A stretch of 64,000 bases of DNA from positions 4,941-68,940 of the forward strand of contig JBBSGZ010000001.1 in assembly GCA_038253555.1 (NCBI GenBank). The letters are read 5' to 3'. Of the stretch, positions 27,949 to 36,380 are shown in pieces. Each line of letters opens with the position of its first letter. Within the stretch, counting starts at the first letter, position 1. The position numbers were made by a program, and so were the translations under genes. The notes below the pieces were generated by a model. It worked only from the letters and a program-made list of their open reading frames with translations. It searched no databases and was not told where the DNA came from. This DNA is from Thermoanaerobaculia bacterium (GTDB lineage: Bacteria; Acidobacteriota; Thermoanaerobaculia; UBA5066; Gp7-AA6).

Positions 27949-28932
27949 GTGCCGACCTGCCTGCTGACCGGAGCGACCGGTTTCCTGGGGTCTCACGTGG
28001 CCCGATCCCTTCTCACCCGGGGGTGGAGCATCCGCGCGCTGGCGCGGGGGGGGCCGGAGCGCCTGGGCGCCCTCCCCGCCGCAGGCGTCGAGGCGGTGAC
28101 CGGGGATCTCTCCGCCGCGACGGATTTGAGCGCCGCCGCCGCGGGAGTCGATGCGGTGGTGCACGTCGCCGGGATCACGAAGGCGCGAACGCGCGAGGAG
28201 TATCGGGAGGCGAACGCGCGGGGAACGGCGCGCCTGGTCGACGCGGCGCGGCGCAGCGCCCCCGGGGCTCTCTTCCTCCTCGTCTCGAGCCAGGCGGCCG
28301 CCGGACCGGCGCTGCGAGGCCGACCCGTGGCCGAGGAGGATCCCCCCCGGCCGATCTCATGGTACGGAGCTTCCAAGCGCGAGGGCGAGGAGGAGGTCCG
28401 AGGGGGGTGGCGGGGCCCTTGGATCATCGTCCGACCGTCGGTGGTTTTCGGACCGGGCGACCGGGGGTTGCTCCTCCTTTTTCAGGCCGCGTCGAAAGGG
28501 TGGTTGCCCGTCCCGGCCGGGGATTCCCGGATTCAGTTGATCCGCGCGGAGCGGGCGGCGGACGCCATTGCGGCGGCGGCGGCGCGGCGGGACCTGTCGG
28601 GCCGATCGGGCTTTCTCGCCGATCCGGCTCCGATCGCGATTGCGGAGCTTTCCGCTCTGATCGCGTCTCTGCCACCGAAACGTCCCCGTCTGGTGCCAGT
28701 CCCCCGGGGCGTGGTCCGAGCCGCGGGGGCGATCGAGACCCTCGTCGAGAGCCTGACCCGCCGTTCCCGGCCGTTCAATGCGGATAAAGCCCGGGAGATC
28801 CTGGCGGGCGACTGGGTCTGCGACGGAACGCCCTTTGCGCGGGATCTGGGAGTTCCCGTGGCACCGCGGCTTTTGGAGGACCTGTCGGCGACCTGGGGCT
28901 GGTACGTCCGGGAGGGCTGGCTCTCTTTGTAA
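27949..28932 (+). CDS. NAD(P)-dependent extended-SDR epimerase/dehydratase-family reductase (candidate ceramide/3-ketosphinganine reductase)
   Basis: LLTGATGFLGSHV (Rossmann) and the YGASK catalytic YxxxK are present. The gene lies 62 nt upstream of the SPT-like gene on the same strand. The GTG 27949 start is chosen to avoid overlapping the peptidase gene. Confidence 0.78.
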   Translation: MPTCLLTGATGFLGSHVARSLLTRGWSIRALARGGPERLGALPAAGVEAVTGDLSAATDLSAAAAGVDAVVHVAGITKARTREEYREANARGTARLVDAARRSAPGALFLLVSSQAAAGPALRGRPVAEEDPPRPISWYGASKREGEEEVRGGWRGPWIIVRPSVVFGPGDRGLLLLFQAASKGWLPVPAGDSRIQLIRAERAADAIAAAAARRDLSGRSGFLADPAPIAIAELSALIASLPPKRPRLVPVPRGVVRAAGAIETLVESLTRRSRPFNADKAREILAGDWVCDGTPFARDLGVPVAPRLLEDLSATWGWYVREGWLSL

Positions 28933-29006
28933 AATTTGCTAAGATCGGGTCCGATTCGGGGCGTCCCGCGGGGCGGTCGCCTGTCGTTTTTCGTGTGGGA
29001 GTGAAA

Positions 29007-30242
29007 ATGAGCAAAGTCGCTCCGGTGGAATCCGCGGCGCGGACATCGCCCCTGTTCGACAAGTGCTTCCGGTACGACGATGCGCACCGCATCCAGCGCG
29101 CGGGCCTCTACTCGTTTTTCCGGGTGGTCGATTCGGCGCAGGACCCCGAGGTCGTCATCGGCGGCCGCCGGATGATCATGCTCGGTTCGAACAACTACCT
29201 GGGCCTGACGAACGACCCTCGGGTGAAGGAAGCCGCGATCGACGCGATCCGCAAGTACGGGTCCGGCTGCGCCGGAAGCCGCTTCTTGAACGGAACCCTG
29301 GACCTTCACGTTATCCTGGAAGACAGACTCGCGAGCTTCATGCGCCAGGACGCGGCGGTCGTTTTCGCCACCGGGTTCCAGGTGAACCTCGGTGCGATCT
29401 CCTGCCTGGTCGGAAAAGGCGACAGCGTCTATCTCGACAAGCAGGACCATGCCTGCATCATCGACGGCGCGCGGCTTTCCTTCGGAGAGGTCCGTAAGTT
29501 CAAGCACAACGACGCGGCGGACCTCCGGCGGCAGATGAAAAATGACACCGGGAGTCGCGGAAAGCTCGTGGTGGTCGACGGCGTGTTCTCGATGGAAGGG
29601 GACATTGCGCCCCTGCCGGAGATCGTGGCGGTCGCTCGCGATTACGAGGCGGCCGTCATGGTCGACGATGCGCACGGCGTGGGCGTGCTCGGCCCGACCG
29701 GCCGCGGCACCGCCGAGCACTTCGGCCTGGAAGAGGAAGTCGATCTCATCATGGGGACGTTTTCGAAATCGATGGCGTCGGTCGGGGGATTCATCGCGGG
29801 GGAGTCCACCGTCATCGACTACATCAAGCACCGCGCCCGCACGCTCATCTTTTCGGCGGCGCCGCCGCCGGCCTCCGTGGCCGCGGCCTTGGCGACGGTG
29901 GACATCATGGAGCGCGAGCCGGAACGGCGCGAGCGGCTCTGGCAGAACACCCGGTTCTTTGCCGACGGGCTGCGGTCGCTCGGGCTCGATACGGGAGAAT
30001 CCGAGACGCCGGTCGTGCCCGTCGTCGTGGGGGAGGACTTCACGGCGCTCCAGATGGTCCATCGCCTCCACGAGGAGGGCATCTTCGTCAATTGCGTGCT
30101 CTCTCCCGCGACGCCTCCGGGCCGGGCCCTCATCCGGACGTCCCTGATGGCCACACACACGCAGGATCAGCTCGTGCGGGCCCTCGAGTCGATCGAAAAA
30201 GTGGGGCGAGAAGTCGGGCTGGTCCGCTCCGTCGGCGCTTGA
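29007..30242 (+). CDS. spt: Alpha-oxoamine synthase, serine palmitoyltransferase-like
   Basis: LGSNNYLGL, GSGCAGSRFLNGT and the PLP-lysine motif GTFSKSMASVGGF are present, as is ERRERLWQNTRFFADGLRSLG. These match my recollection of Sphingomonas SPT (GTFSKSVGTVGGF, KRERLWSNARAL) better than BioF/Kbl (GTLSKA/GTLGKA). GGGAG lies 5 nt upstream of ATG 29007. Confidence 0.7.
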   Translation: MSKVAPVESAARTSPLFDKCFRYDDAHRIQRAGLYSFFRVVDSAQDPEVVIGGRRMIMLGSNNYLGLTNDPRVKEAAIDAIRKYGSGCAGSRFLNGTLDLHVILEDRLASFMRQDAAVVFATGFQVNLGAISCLVGKGDSVYLDKQDHACIIDGARLSFGEVRKFKHNDAADLRRQMKNDTGSRGKLVVVDGVFSMEGDIAPLPEIVAVARDYEAAVMVDDAHGVGVLGPTGRGTAEHFGLEEEVDLIMGTFSKSMASVGGFIAGESTVIDYIKHRARTLIFSAAPPPASVAAALATVDIMEREPERRERLWQNTRFFADGLRSLGLDTGESETPVVPVVVGEDFTALQMVHRLHEEGIFVNCVLSPATPPGRALIRTSLMATHTQDQLVRALESIEKVGREVGLVRSVGA

Positions 30243-30321
30243 GGGTTTACCGCCGTCGATTCTGACTGGTCCGCTCTCTCCGCCGGCGGCGGTGGAGCGC
30301 CGGAAACGAGGCGGATGAGCC

Positions 30322-31467
30322 ATGACTGACGCCTCGGTTTCCGTCCGGCCGATCGGACATTCGAAGAAAGAGCTCTCCCGTTTCTTCGACGTTGCCGACC
30401 GGATCTACGCGAGCGACCCGCTCTGGGTCGCCCCGTTGCGCGACGACGTCGCCAAGGTCTTCTCAGCGAAAAACCCCTTCTTCCTCCATGGCGGGATGCA
30501 GCTCTTCGTCGCCTCCCGCGAGGGACGCGATGCAGGGCGGATCGCGGCGATCGTCGACCGGAACCACAACGATTTCCACGGCGATCGCACCGGGTTCTTC
30601 GGCTATTTCGAGAGCGAGAACGACCCCGTCGTGGCGCGGGCGCTCTTCGACGCCGCAGGAGCATGGGTCCGGGAGCGGGGGATGGACACGCTTCGCGGGC
30701 CGGCCAACCCGACCTTGAACGACGAGGCGGGACTCCTGGTCGACGGGTTCGACTCCTCTCCGGTGTTGATGATGACGTACAACCCCCGCTACTACGTGGA
30801 TCTCGTCTCAGGGGCGGGCTTCGCGAAGGTAAAGGATCTTCTGGCGTACTGGTTCGAGATCCAGCCCGGCCCGATGGCGCGGCTGGCCCGGATAGCCGAA
30901 CGGATCGCGCGGCGGGAAAAAGACGTGGTGGTGCGCAAGATCTCGAAGAAGACGCTCGCCGCCGACCTTCCGAAGATCCGCGAGGTCTACAACGCGGCGT
31001 GGGAGAAGAACTGGGGCTTCGTCCCCATGACTCCGGAAGAGATGGACTTCATGGCGAAGCGCCTGAAGCCCCTGGTCGACGAGGACTTCCTGTTCCTGGC
31101 GGAGGCCCGGCGGCCCGACGGCTCCCCCGAGCCCGTCGCTTTCCTTCTGGCACTCCCGGACTACAACATCTCGATGAAGCCGTTGAAGGGCCGCCTCCTT
31201 CCTTTCGGCTGGCTGAAATTCCTGCTCTCCTTGAAGAAGATCCGCTCGATGCGCGTGTTGACTCTCGGGATCAAGAAGGAGTGGAGACTGCGCGGCCTCC
31301 AGGCGGTCATGTTCGAAAAGGGTTTGAAGGCCGCGCTCGATCGCAACTATGTCGGGTGCGAGATGTCGTGGCTGCTGGAGGACAACGACGCGATCATTCG
31401 CTCCGCGGACTTCTGGGGCGGCCGCCTCTACAAGACATACCGTATGTACGACCGGAGGCTGGGGTGA
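30322..31467 (+). CDS. GNAT-fold-like acyltransferase of unknown specificity (candidate bacterial ceramide synthase)
   Basis: 381-aa ORF 79 nt downstream of the SPT-like gene. The C-terminal LTLGIKKEWRLRGLQAVMFEKGL resembles a GNAT motif-A region. No closer family was recognised by eye. Confidence 0.5.
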   Translation: MTDASVSVRPIGHSKKELSRFFDVADRIYASDPLWVAPLRDDVAKVFSAKNPFFLHGGMQLFVASREGRDAGRIAAIVDRNHNDFHGDRTGFFGYFESENDPVVARALFDAAGAWVRERGMDTLRGPANPTLNDEAGLLVDGFDSSPVLMMTYNPRYYVDLVSGAGFAKVKDLLAYWFEIQPGPMARLARIAERIARREKDVVVRKISKKTLAADLPKIREVYNAAWEKNWGFVPMTPEEMDFMAKRLKPLVDEDFLFLAEARRPDGSPEPVAFLLALPDYNISMKPLKGRLLPFGWLKFLLSLKKIRSMRVLTLGIKKEWRLRGLQAVMFEKGLKAALDRNYVGCEMSWLLEDNDAIIRSADFWGGRLYKTYRMYDRRLG

Positions 31468-31484
31468 CGACGGGGTCGTAAGGG

Positions 31485-31562
31485 GTGAGGCGTGAGGGGT
31501 GAGGCGAAAAAAAGAAGAAGCGGCAGGCCCCAGCGATGAGCGCCTGACGCCTCACGCCTCAC
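31485..31562. terminator. Long inverted repeat of GTGAGGC heptamer arrays between convergent GNAT-like and PAP2 genes (candidate bidirectional terminator)
   Basis: gtgaggcgtgagg (31485-31497) is the exact reverse complement of cctcacgcctcac (31550-31562). Flanking gtgaggcg/cgcctgac extends the stem with one mismatch. The A-rich loop is aaaaaaagaagaag. The right arm overlaps the last codons of the PAP2 gene. Confidence 0.5.
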
Positions 31563-32503
31563 GCCTGACGTCTCACGGCCGAGGTGGTCAACCGGTCATA
31601 AATCCGGTCTCCCAGCGGGACCGTCACGGCGGCGAGGATCAACCCGGCCAGCACGTCCACGACGTAGTGGTATCGGCAGTAGACCGTCGACAGGATCAGG
31701 CACGTCGCCACGGGCAGCAACCACCAGAACAGGTCGCGCGCGCGACGAAACGCCACGAATAAGACGGCGGCCGCGAGCATCGTGTGCCCGGAGGGAAAGA
31801 CGTCCAGCTTCGTGTGTTCGAGCTCGTCCAACGTCTGCGCGATGGCCGCCGCCACGGGAGTCAACTCCAGGAAAACCGTCTGCCGGCTCGCGAGGGCAAA
31901 TCGGGGACCGAGCGCCGGCACCGCGAAATACCCGGCATAGGACACGTAGTAGCAGAGGGTCAGCGTGAAAATGTAGCGCCGCAGGGCGGGGATGTCCCGG
32001 ATCCACAGAACGAATCCGAGCGCCAGCGAAATGAAGTAGTAGGTCGTGTAGGCCACGAAGAAGACATCCGTGAGCCACGGCCGGACGAATCTTTCGAGCC
32101 AGACCGTCACGTCCACGCCGAAGAGTGCCCGGTCCGCGGCGATCAGCAGCGCGTCCTTCGCTCCGCCTCGGGCCGCGAAGATGAGCACTCCCAGGGTCTC
32201 GTACAGCACGGGGATGAACGCCGCCGGATAGAAATCGACGAGAAACCGGATGGGTCCGGGCAGCCGTTTCTCCCGCCGGACGAGCGCCGTGATGATGGCG
32301 AGCGCCAGCGCCAGGACGGCATACCGAAGCAGGAGGCCGCCGGGATCCGCAAGGCGGCGATAGAGCACGAGGGTGAGAAGGGACACGGCGCAGAGGGCCG
32401 CGAAGTTGATCGCCTCGAGAGGGCGGAGGATTTTAATGTCCCGCGGCGGCGGCGGCTGGACGGGGCTCCCGGCGCTCGAGGATGAAGATGTCCGCGCCGG
32501 CAC
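31559..32503 (-). CDS. PAP2-superfamily membrane protein with sphingomyelin/IPC-synthase-like motifs
   Basis: Six or more TM helices. FPSGHTMLAAAV and YCRYHYVVDVLAGL match the SGHT and HYxxDV motifs of the SMS/AUR1-type PAP2_C branch. The start is uncertain: GTG 32503 is preferred, and the ORF maximum at 32710 would overlap nfeD. Confidence 0.72.
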   Translation of the reverse strand: MPARTSSSSSAGSPVQPPPPRDIKILRPLEAINFAALCAVSLLTLVLYRRLADPGGLLLRYAVLALALAIITALVRREKRLPGPIRFLVDFYPAAFIPVLYETLGVLIFAARGGAKDALLIAADRALFGVDVTVWLERFVRPWLTDVFFVAYTTYYFISLALGFVLWIRDIPALRRYIFTLTLCYYVSYAGYFAVPALGPRFALASRQTVFLELTPVAAAIAQTLDELEHTKLDVFPSGHTMLAAAVLFVAFRRARDLFWWLLPVATCLILSTVYCRYHYVVDVLAGLILAAVTVPLGDRIYDRLTTSAVRRQA

Positions 32504-32599
32504 GACGGGATTATCGCCGAAGGAGGGTCTTCCGGGCGGGCGTCTTCCCAGAGCGCGCCAGGACCTTTCACGACGGTCGGCACGGTAGACTCCCCGCGC

Positions 32600-33901
32600 A
32601 TGCCGGCGCGGCTCGCCTTCCTGCTTTTTCTCTTCGGGGCCGCCTCGGTCCCCGCGGGCGCCGCGCCCGCCCCGCTCGTCGTCGTGGGGCGGATCGACGG
32701 TCCGGTTCATCCCGCGGCCGCCGCCTACCTTCGCCGGCTGCTTTCAGGGGCGAGGGAGAGCGGCGCGAGCCTCGTCATTTTGGAGCTTTCGACGCCCGGC
32801 GGGCTGCTGACATCGACTCGGGAAATGGCGAGGTCGATTCTCGAATCTCCCGTGCCGGTCGCGACCTTCGTGGCTCCGTCGGGAAGCTCCGCGGCTTCTG
32901 CGGGGTTCTTCCTGCTCCTGGCGGGAGACGTCGCGGCGATGGCGCCCGGGACCAACTCGGGCGCCGCGCACCCGGTCGGGGGCCAGGGAGAAGACCTCTC
33001 GAAAACCATGACCTCCAAGGTCGAACAGGACGCGCGCGCGTTCATCCGCAGCCTCGCGCGGCAGCGGGGGCGCAACGCGGAAAAAGCGGAATCCGCGGTG
33101 ACCTCGAGCGCTTCATTCACCGAGACGGAGGCGAAGGAAGCGGGCCTCGTCGAAATCATCGCCCGTGACCGCGCGGATCTCATCCGGCAGCTCGACGGGC
33201 GAAAGCTCGCGAGGTTAAACGGGTCGTCGCCGCCACTGGCGGTGGCAGGCGCTCGGATCGAAACGCGGGAAATGGGATCGCTCGAGAGGCTGCTCGGGGT
33301 CGTGTCTCACCCGAACATCGCTTATATCCTCTTTCTCGCCGGCCTGGTCGGGCTCTACTTCGAGCTCGCCAGCCCGGGCGCCATCCTTCCCGGGATCGTC
33401 GGGGGAATCTCGCTTCTCCTGGCGCTCTATGCCTTTTCGGTTCTGCCCGTGAATCTCGCCGGCATTGCCCTGATTCTTTTCGCCGTTCTTCTCTTCATCG
33501 CAGAGGTGAAGGTGACGAGCCACGGACTGCTTGCGGTCGGAGGAGCGGTCGCGCTTCTCGCGGGCTCCGCGATGCTGTTTTCCGGACGCGAAGACGGCGC
33601 CGGCTATCGCGTGGATCTCTCGATCGTCGTGCCGGCCGTCGCCTTGACCCTTGCCGTCGTGGGGTTCCTGGCATGGAACACCGTGCGCCTGCGCCATCTA
33701 CCGGTGCGGACCGGCCGCGACAGCGTTCTCGGTCAGAGCGCCGTGGTCGTGAGGCCGATGGGGGAGGAGGGTTTGGGAACCGTCATGGTCCACGGCGAAT
33801 ACTGGGACGCGTCGGGGGCGCCGGCCGCGGCGGCGGGCGAGCGGGTGCTCGTGACGAGAGTCGAAGGCTTCACACTGCACGTCGAACGGAGGCTGTCATG
33901 A
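32600..33901 (+). CDS. NfeD-family membrane-bound ClpP-class serine protease
   Basis: Signal peptide, ClpP-like N-domain ([15 protein letters not shown] ... [14 protein letters not shown]), a central TM bundle and a C-terminal NfeD OB domain (HGEYWDA ... [13 protein letters not shown]). Confidence 0.85.
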   Translation: MPARLAFLLFLFGAASVPAGAAPAPLVVVGRIDGPVHPAAAAYLRRLLSGARESGASLVILELSTPGGLLTSTREMARSILESPVPVATFVAPSGSSAASAGFFLLLAGDVAAMAPGTNSGAAHPVGGQGEDLSKTMTSKVEQDARAFIRSLARQRGRNAEKAESAVTSSASFTETEAKEAGLVEIIARDRADLIRQLDGRKLARLNGSSPPLAVAGARIETREMGSLERLLGVVSHPNIAYILFLAGLVGLYFELASPGAILPGIVGGISLLLALYAFSVLPVNLAGIALILFAVLLFIAEVKVTSHGLLAVGGAVALLAGSAMLFSGREDGAGYRVDLSIVVPAVALTLAVVGFLAWNTVRLRHLPVRTGRDSVLGQSAVVVRPMGEEGLGTVMVHGEYWDASGAPAAAAGERVLVTRVEGFTLHVERRLS

Positions 33902-34665
33902 CTCAGCTGATCTCGTTTCCCGGTCTGATCTTCGCGGCCTTCGTGGGACTGATCCTCTTTTTTAAATGGGTCAACATCCTGAAGGAATACGAGCGGGCCG
34001 TCACGTTCTGGCTCGGCCGCCTGGGCGCGAAGCCGAAGGGGCCGGGACTCGTTCTGATCTTCTGGCCCTTCGAGACGATGGTCCGCATTTCGCTCCGGAC
34101 GATCGTTCACGACGTGCCCGCGCAGGACATCATCACCCGGGACAACGTTTCCGTGAAGGTGAACGCGGTCGTCTACTTCCGCGTCGTCGAGCCCGACAAA
34201 GCCGTCGTCCAGGTGGAGAACTATCTGTATGCGACCTCGCAGCTGGCGCAGACCACCCTCCGCAGCGTGCTCGGAGAGGCCATGCTCGACGAGCTTCTGT
34301 CCGAGCGCGAGAAGTTGAACGTCGCCCTTCAGAGCGTCATCGATCAGCATACCCAGCCGTGGGGCATCAAGGTGTCGCTCGTCGAAGTGAAGCAGGTGGA
34401 CCTCCCCCCGGAGATGCAGCGCGCGATGGCGCGCCAGGCGGAGGCGGAGCGCGAGAAGCGGGCAAAGATCATCCACGCGGAAGGCGAGTTCCAGGCGGCC
34501 GCGCAGCTGTCCCGCGCCGCCGAGGTGATCGGTCGCGAGCCCGCCACTCTCCAGCTGCGCTATCTCCAGACGCTGACCGAGATCGGAAGCGAGAAGAACA
34601 CCACCATCATCTTTCCGCTGCCGATCGAGCTTCTTCGCGCGTTCCTCCCGAAGGAGACGAAGTAA
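33898..34665 (+). CDS. SPFH/band-7 stomatin-like (slipin) protein
   Basis: [13 protein letters not shown] ... [18 protein letters not shown] ... [17 protein letters not shown] are present. ATGA overlap with nfeD, the classic NfeD-stomatin operon. Confidence 0.92.
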   Translation: MTQLISFPGLIFAAFVGLILFFKWVNILKEYERAVTFWLGRLGAKPKGPGLVLIFWPFETMVRISLRTIVHDVPAQDIITRDNVSVKVNAVVYFRVVEPDKAVVQVENYLYATSQLAQTTLRSVLGEAMLDELLSEREKLNVALQSVIDQHTQPWGIKVSLVEVKQVDLPPEMQRAMARQAEAEREKRAKIIHAEGEFQAAAQLSRAAEVIGREPATLQLRYLQTLTEIGSEKNTTIIFPLPIELLRAFLPKETK

Positions 34666-34668
34666 AAG

Positions 34669-34697
34669 AGGCGAAAGGCGAAGGGCGAAAGAAGGGA
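34669..34697 (+). repeat. Degenerate (A/G)GGCGAA heptamer array immediately after the SPFH gene stop
   Basis: aggcgaa aggcgaa gggcgaa agaaggg begins 4 nt after TAA 34663-34665. Confidence 0.8.
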
Positions 34698-34798
34698 AAA
34701 GACTGCCCCGGTCGATCGACAGCGCGGCGGATCGGTTCCCCGGTCCGCCCTGCGCCGTCGCCCTGCGCCCCTCGCCTGACGTTGCTACACTCCGCGGC

Positions 34799-35497
34799 GT
34801 GGACGAGCCCCGCACGCATTACCAGCTCTCTTTTACGGCGCGGCAGGCGCTCCTGCTGTTCGTCGGGCTTCTGTCAGCCCTGGCGGCGGCTTACGTCTTC
34901 GGACTGATGACCGGCCTCGCCGGTCACGATCGGCCGGAAACGTCCATCGCGGCCGCGACGCCCGGCGCCGGAAGCACGACTGCGACGGGCCCGTCGGCGG
35001 TGACCCCGGACGCTCTCGAAATCCCGCGGGCCGTGCGGGGAGTGGCTCCCTCCCGTGCGCCGCAGCGAGGCTCGACGTCCTCATCGGCGGCACTGGTGCC
35101 GACTCCGGTCCCGGTCGCGGCCGGGCCGACGCCCTCTCCTGGACTCCAGCTCTTCGACGATGGTCCGGACCGCACGCCGGCCACGGGCGCCGCCCCGGCG
35201 CGAAGAGTCCGCACGCCGAAGCCCTCCGCCGAAACCTCCGGTTCCCACGCCGCCGCAGCCGGATATTTCTGGGTCCAGGCTCTGTCGGCCCCGTCCGAGA
35301 AGGAAGCCCGCTCGCGCCGCGACCGGCTCGCCGCGCACGGCTTTCCGGCGGTTGTCAGATCCGGCGGGGGGCCGAACGGGAAGGTCTACCGGGTGCGCGT
35401 CGGACCTTTCAAGACGAAGGAAGAAGCGGAGAAGTCGGCCGCGCGGCTGAAGACGCGGGAGAAGCTCCAGCCGTGGATCGTCCCGCCCGGAAAATGA
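34799..35497 (+). CDS. SPOR-domain (peptidoglycan-binding) membrane protein
   Basis: N-terminal TM helix, Pro/Ala-rich linker and a C-terminal SPOR domain (YFWVQALSAPSEKEA ... YRVRVGPFKTKEEAEKSAARLK). Confidence 0.8.
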   Translation: MDEPRTHYQLSFTARQALLLFVGLLSALAAAYVFGLMTGLAGHDRPETSIAAATPGAGSTTATGPSAVTPDALEIPRAVRGVAPSRAPQRGSTSSSAALVPTPVPVAAGPTPSPGLQLFDDGPDRTPATGAAPARRVRTPKPSAETSGSHAAAAGYFWVQALSAPSEKEARSRRDRLAAHGFPAVVRSGGGPNGKVYRVRVGPFKTKEEAEKSAARLKTREKLQPWIVPPGK

Positions 35498-36369
35498 CCT
35501 CCCTTCCCGCGCGCCCCCCGGAGTGGATCCGCGAAAAGCGCATACGCCTCTCAGAGCTCCATGGCGTCAAAGACGTCATGCGCCGCCACGCCCTCTCGAC
35601 GGTCTGCGAGGAGGCGCGCTGCCCCAACCGGGGTGAATGCTTCTCCCGCGGGACGGCCACGTTCCTGATGCTCGGCGACGTCTGCACGAGGACGTGCGGC
35701 TTCTGCGACATCGCGCACGGAAAACCCGCTGCGGTCGACGCTCTCGAACCCTTTCGGGTGGCCACCGCGGCGCGCGAGATGAAGCTCCAGTTCGTGGTCC
35801 TGACATCGGTGGACCGGGACGATCTTCCCGACGGCGGGGCGTCTCACTTCGCCGAAACGATTCGCGCGCTTCGGCGCCTCCAGCCGGCCCCGGGAATCGA
35901 GGTCCTCACGCCCGATTTTCAGGGGCGATTCATGTCGGTCGCGAGAGTCGTCGAGGCGCGGCCGGACGTCTTCAATCACAACGTCGAGACGGTCCCCCGG
36001 CTGTACACGCGCGTTCGACGGGGAGCGCGCCTCGACCGCTCGCTCGGGCTTCTCGCGGCGGTCCGCGCGCTCGACCCCTCGATCACGACCAAGTCGGGCT
36101 TCATGCTGGGCCTCGGCGAGCGCGACGACGAGGTCCACGCCCTCCTCGGAGACCTGCGGAACGCCGGCGTCGATATCGTGACGATCGGGCAGTACCTCCA
36201 GCCGTCCCGCGAAAGTCTTCCGGTTGAAGAGTATGTCCGGCCGGAGGTATTCGACGGCTATCGGGAGGCGGGCGAACGGCTCGGCTTCCGCCACGTGTTT
36301 TCCGGTCCCTTCGTCCGGTCGTCCTACCGCGCGGAGGAAGCCCTCCTCGCGTCCGCCTCGCTCCGCTGA
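35494..36369 (+). CDS. lipA: Lipoyl synthase
   Basis: CEEARCPNRGEC and the radical-SAM CTRTCGFC clusters are present. ATG 35494 overlaps the upstream TGA. Confidence 0.95.
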   Translation: MTSLPARPPEWIREKRIRLSELHGVKDVMRRHALSTVCEEARCPNRGECFSRGTATFLMLGDVCTRTCGFCDIAHGKPAAVDALEPFRVATAAREMKLQFVVLTSVDRDDLPDGGASHFAETIRALRRLQPAPGIEVLTPDFQGRFMSVARVVEARPDVFNHNVETVPRLYTRVRRGARLDRSLGLLAAVRALDPSITTKSGFMLGLGERDDEVHALLGDLRNAGVDIVTIGQYLQPSRESLPVEEYVRPEVFDGYREAGERLGFRHVFSGPFVRSSYRAEEALLASASLR

Positions 36370-36380
36370 GAGGCTTTCGA

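Noticed and set aside
28995-30242. Annotating the alpha-oxoamine synthase as BioF (biotin) or Kbl (threonine degradation)
   Set aside because: The PLP-lysine motif is GTFSKS rather than GTLSKA/GTLGKA. No bio or tdh genes are adjacent, and the neighbours fit lipid chemistry. This is not fully excluded without phylogeny, so the confidence is kept moderate.
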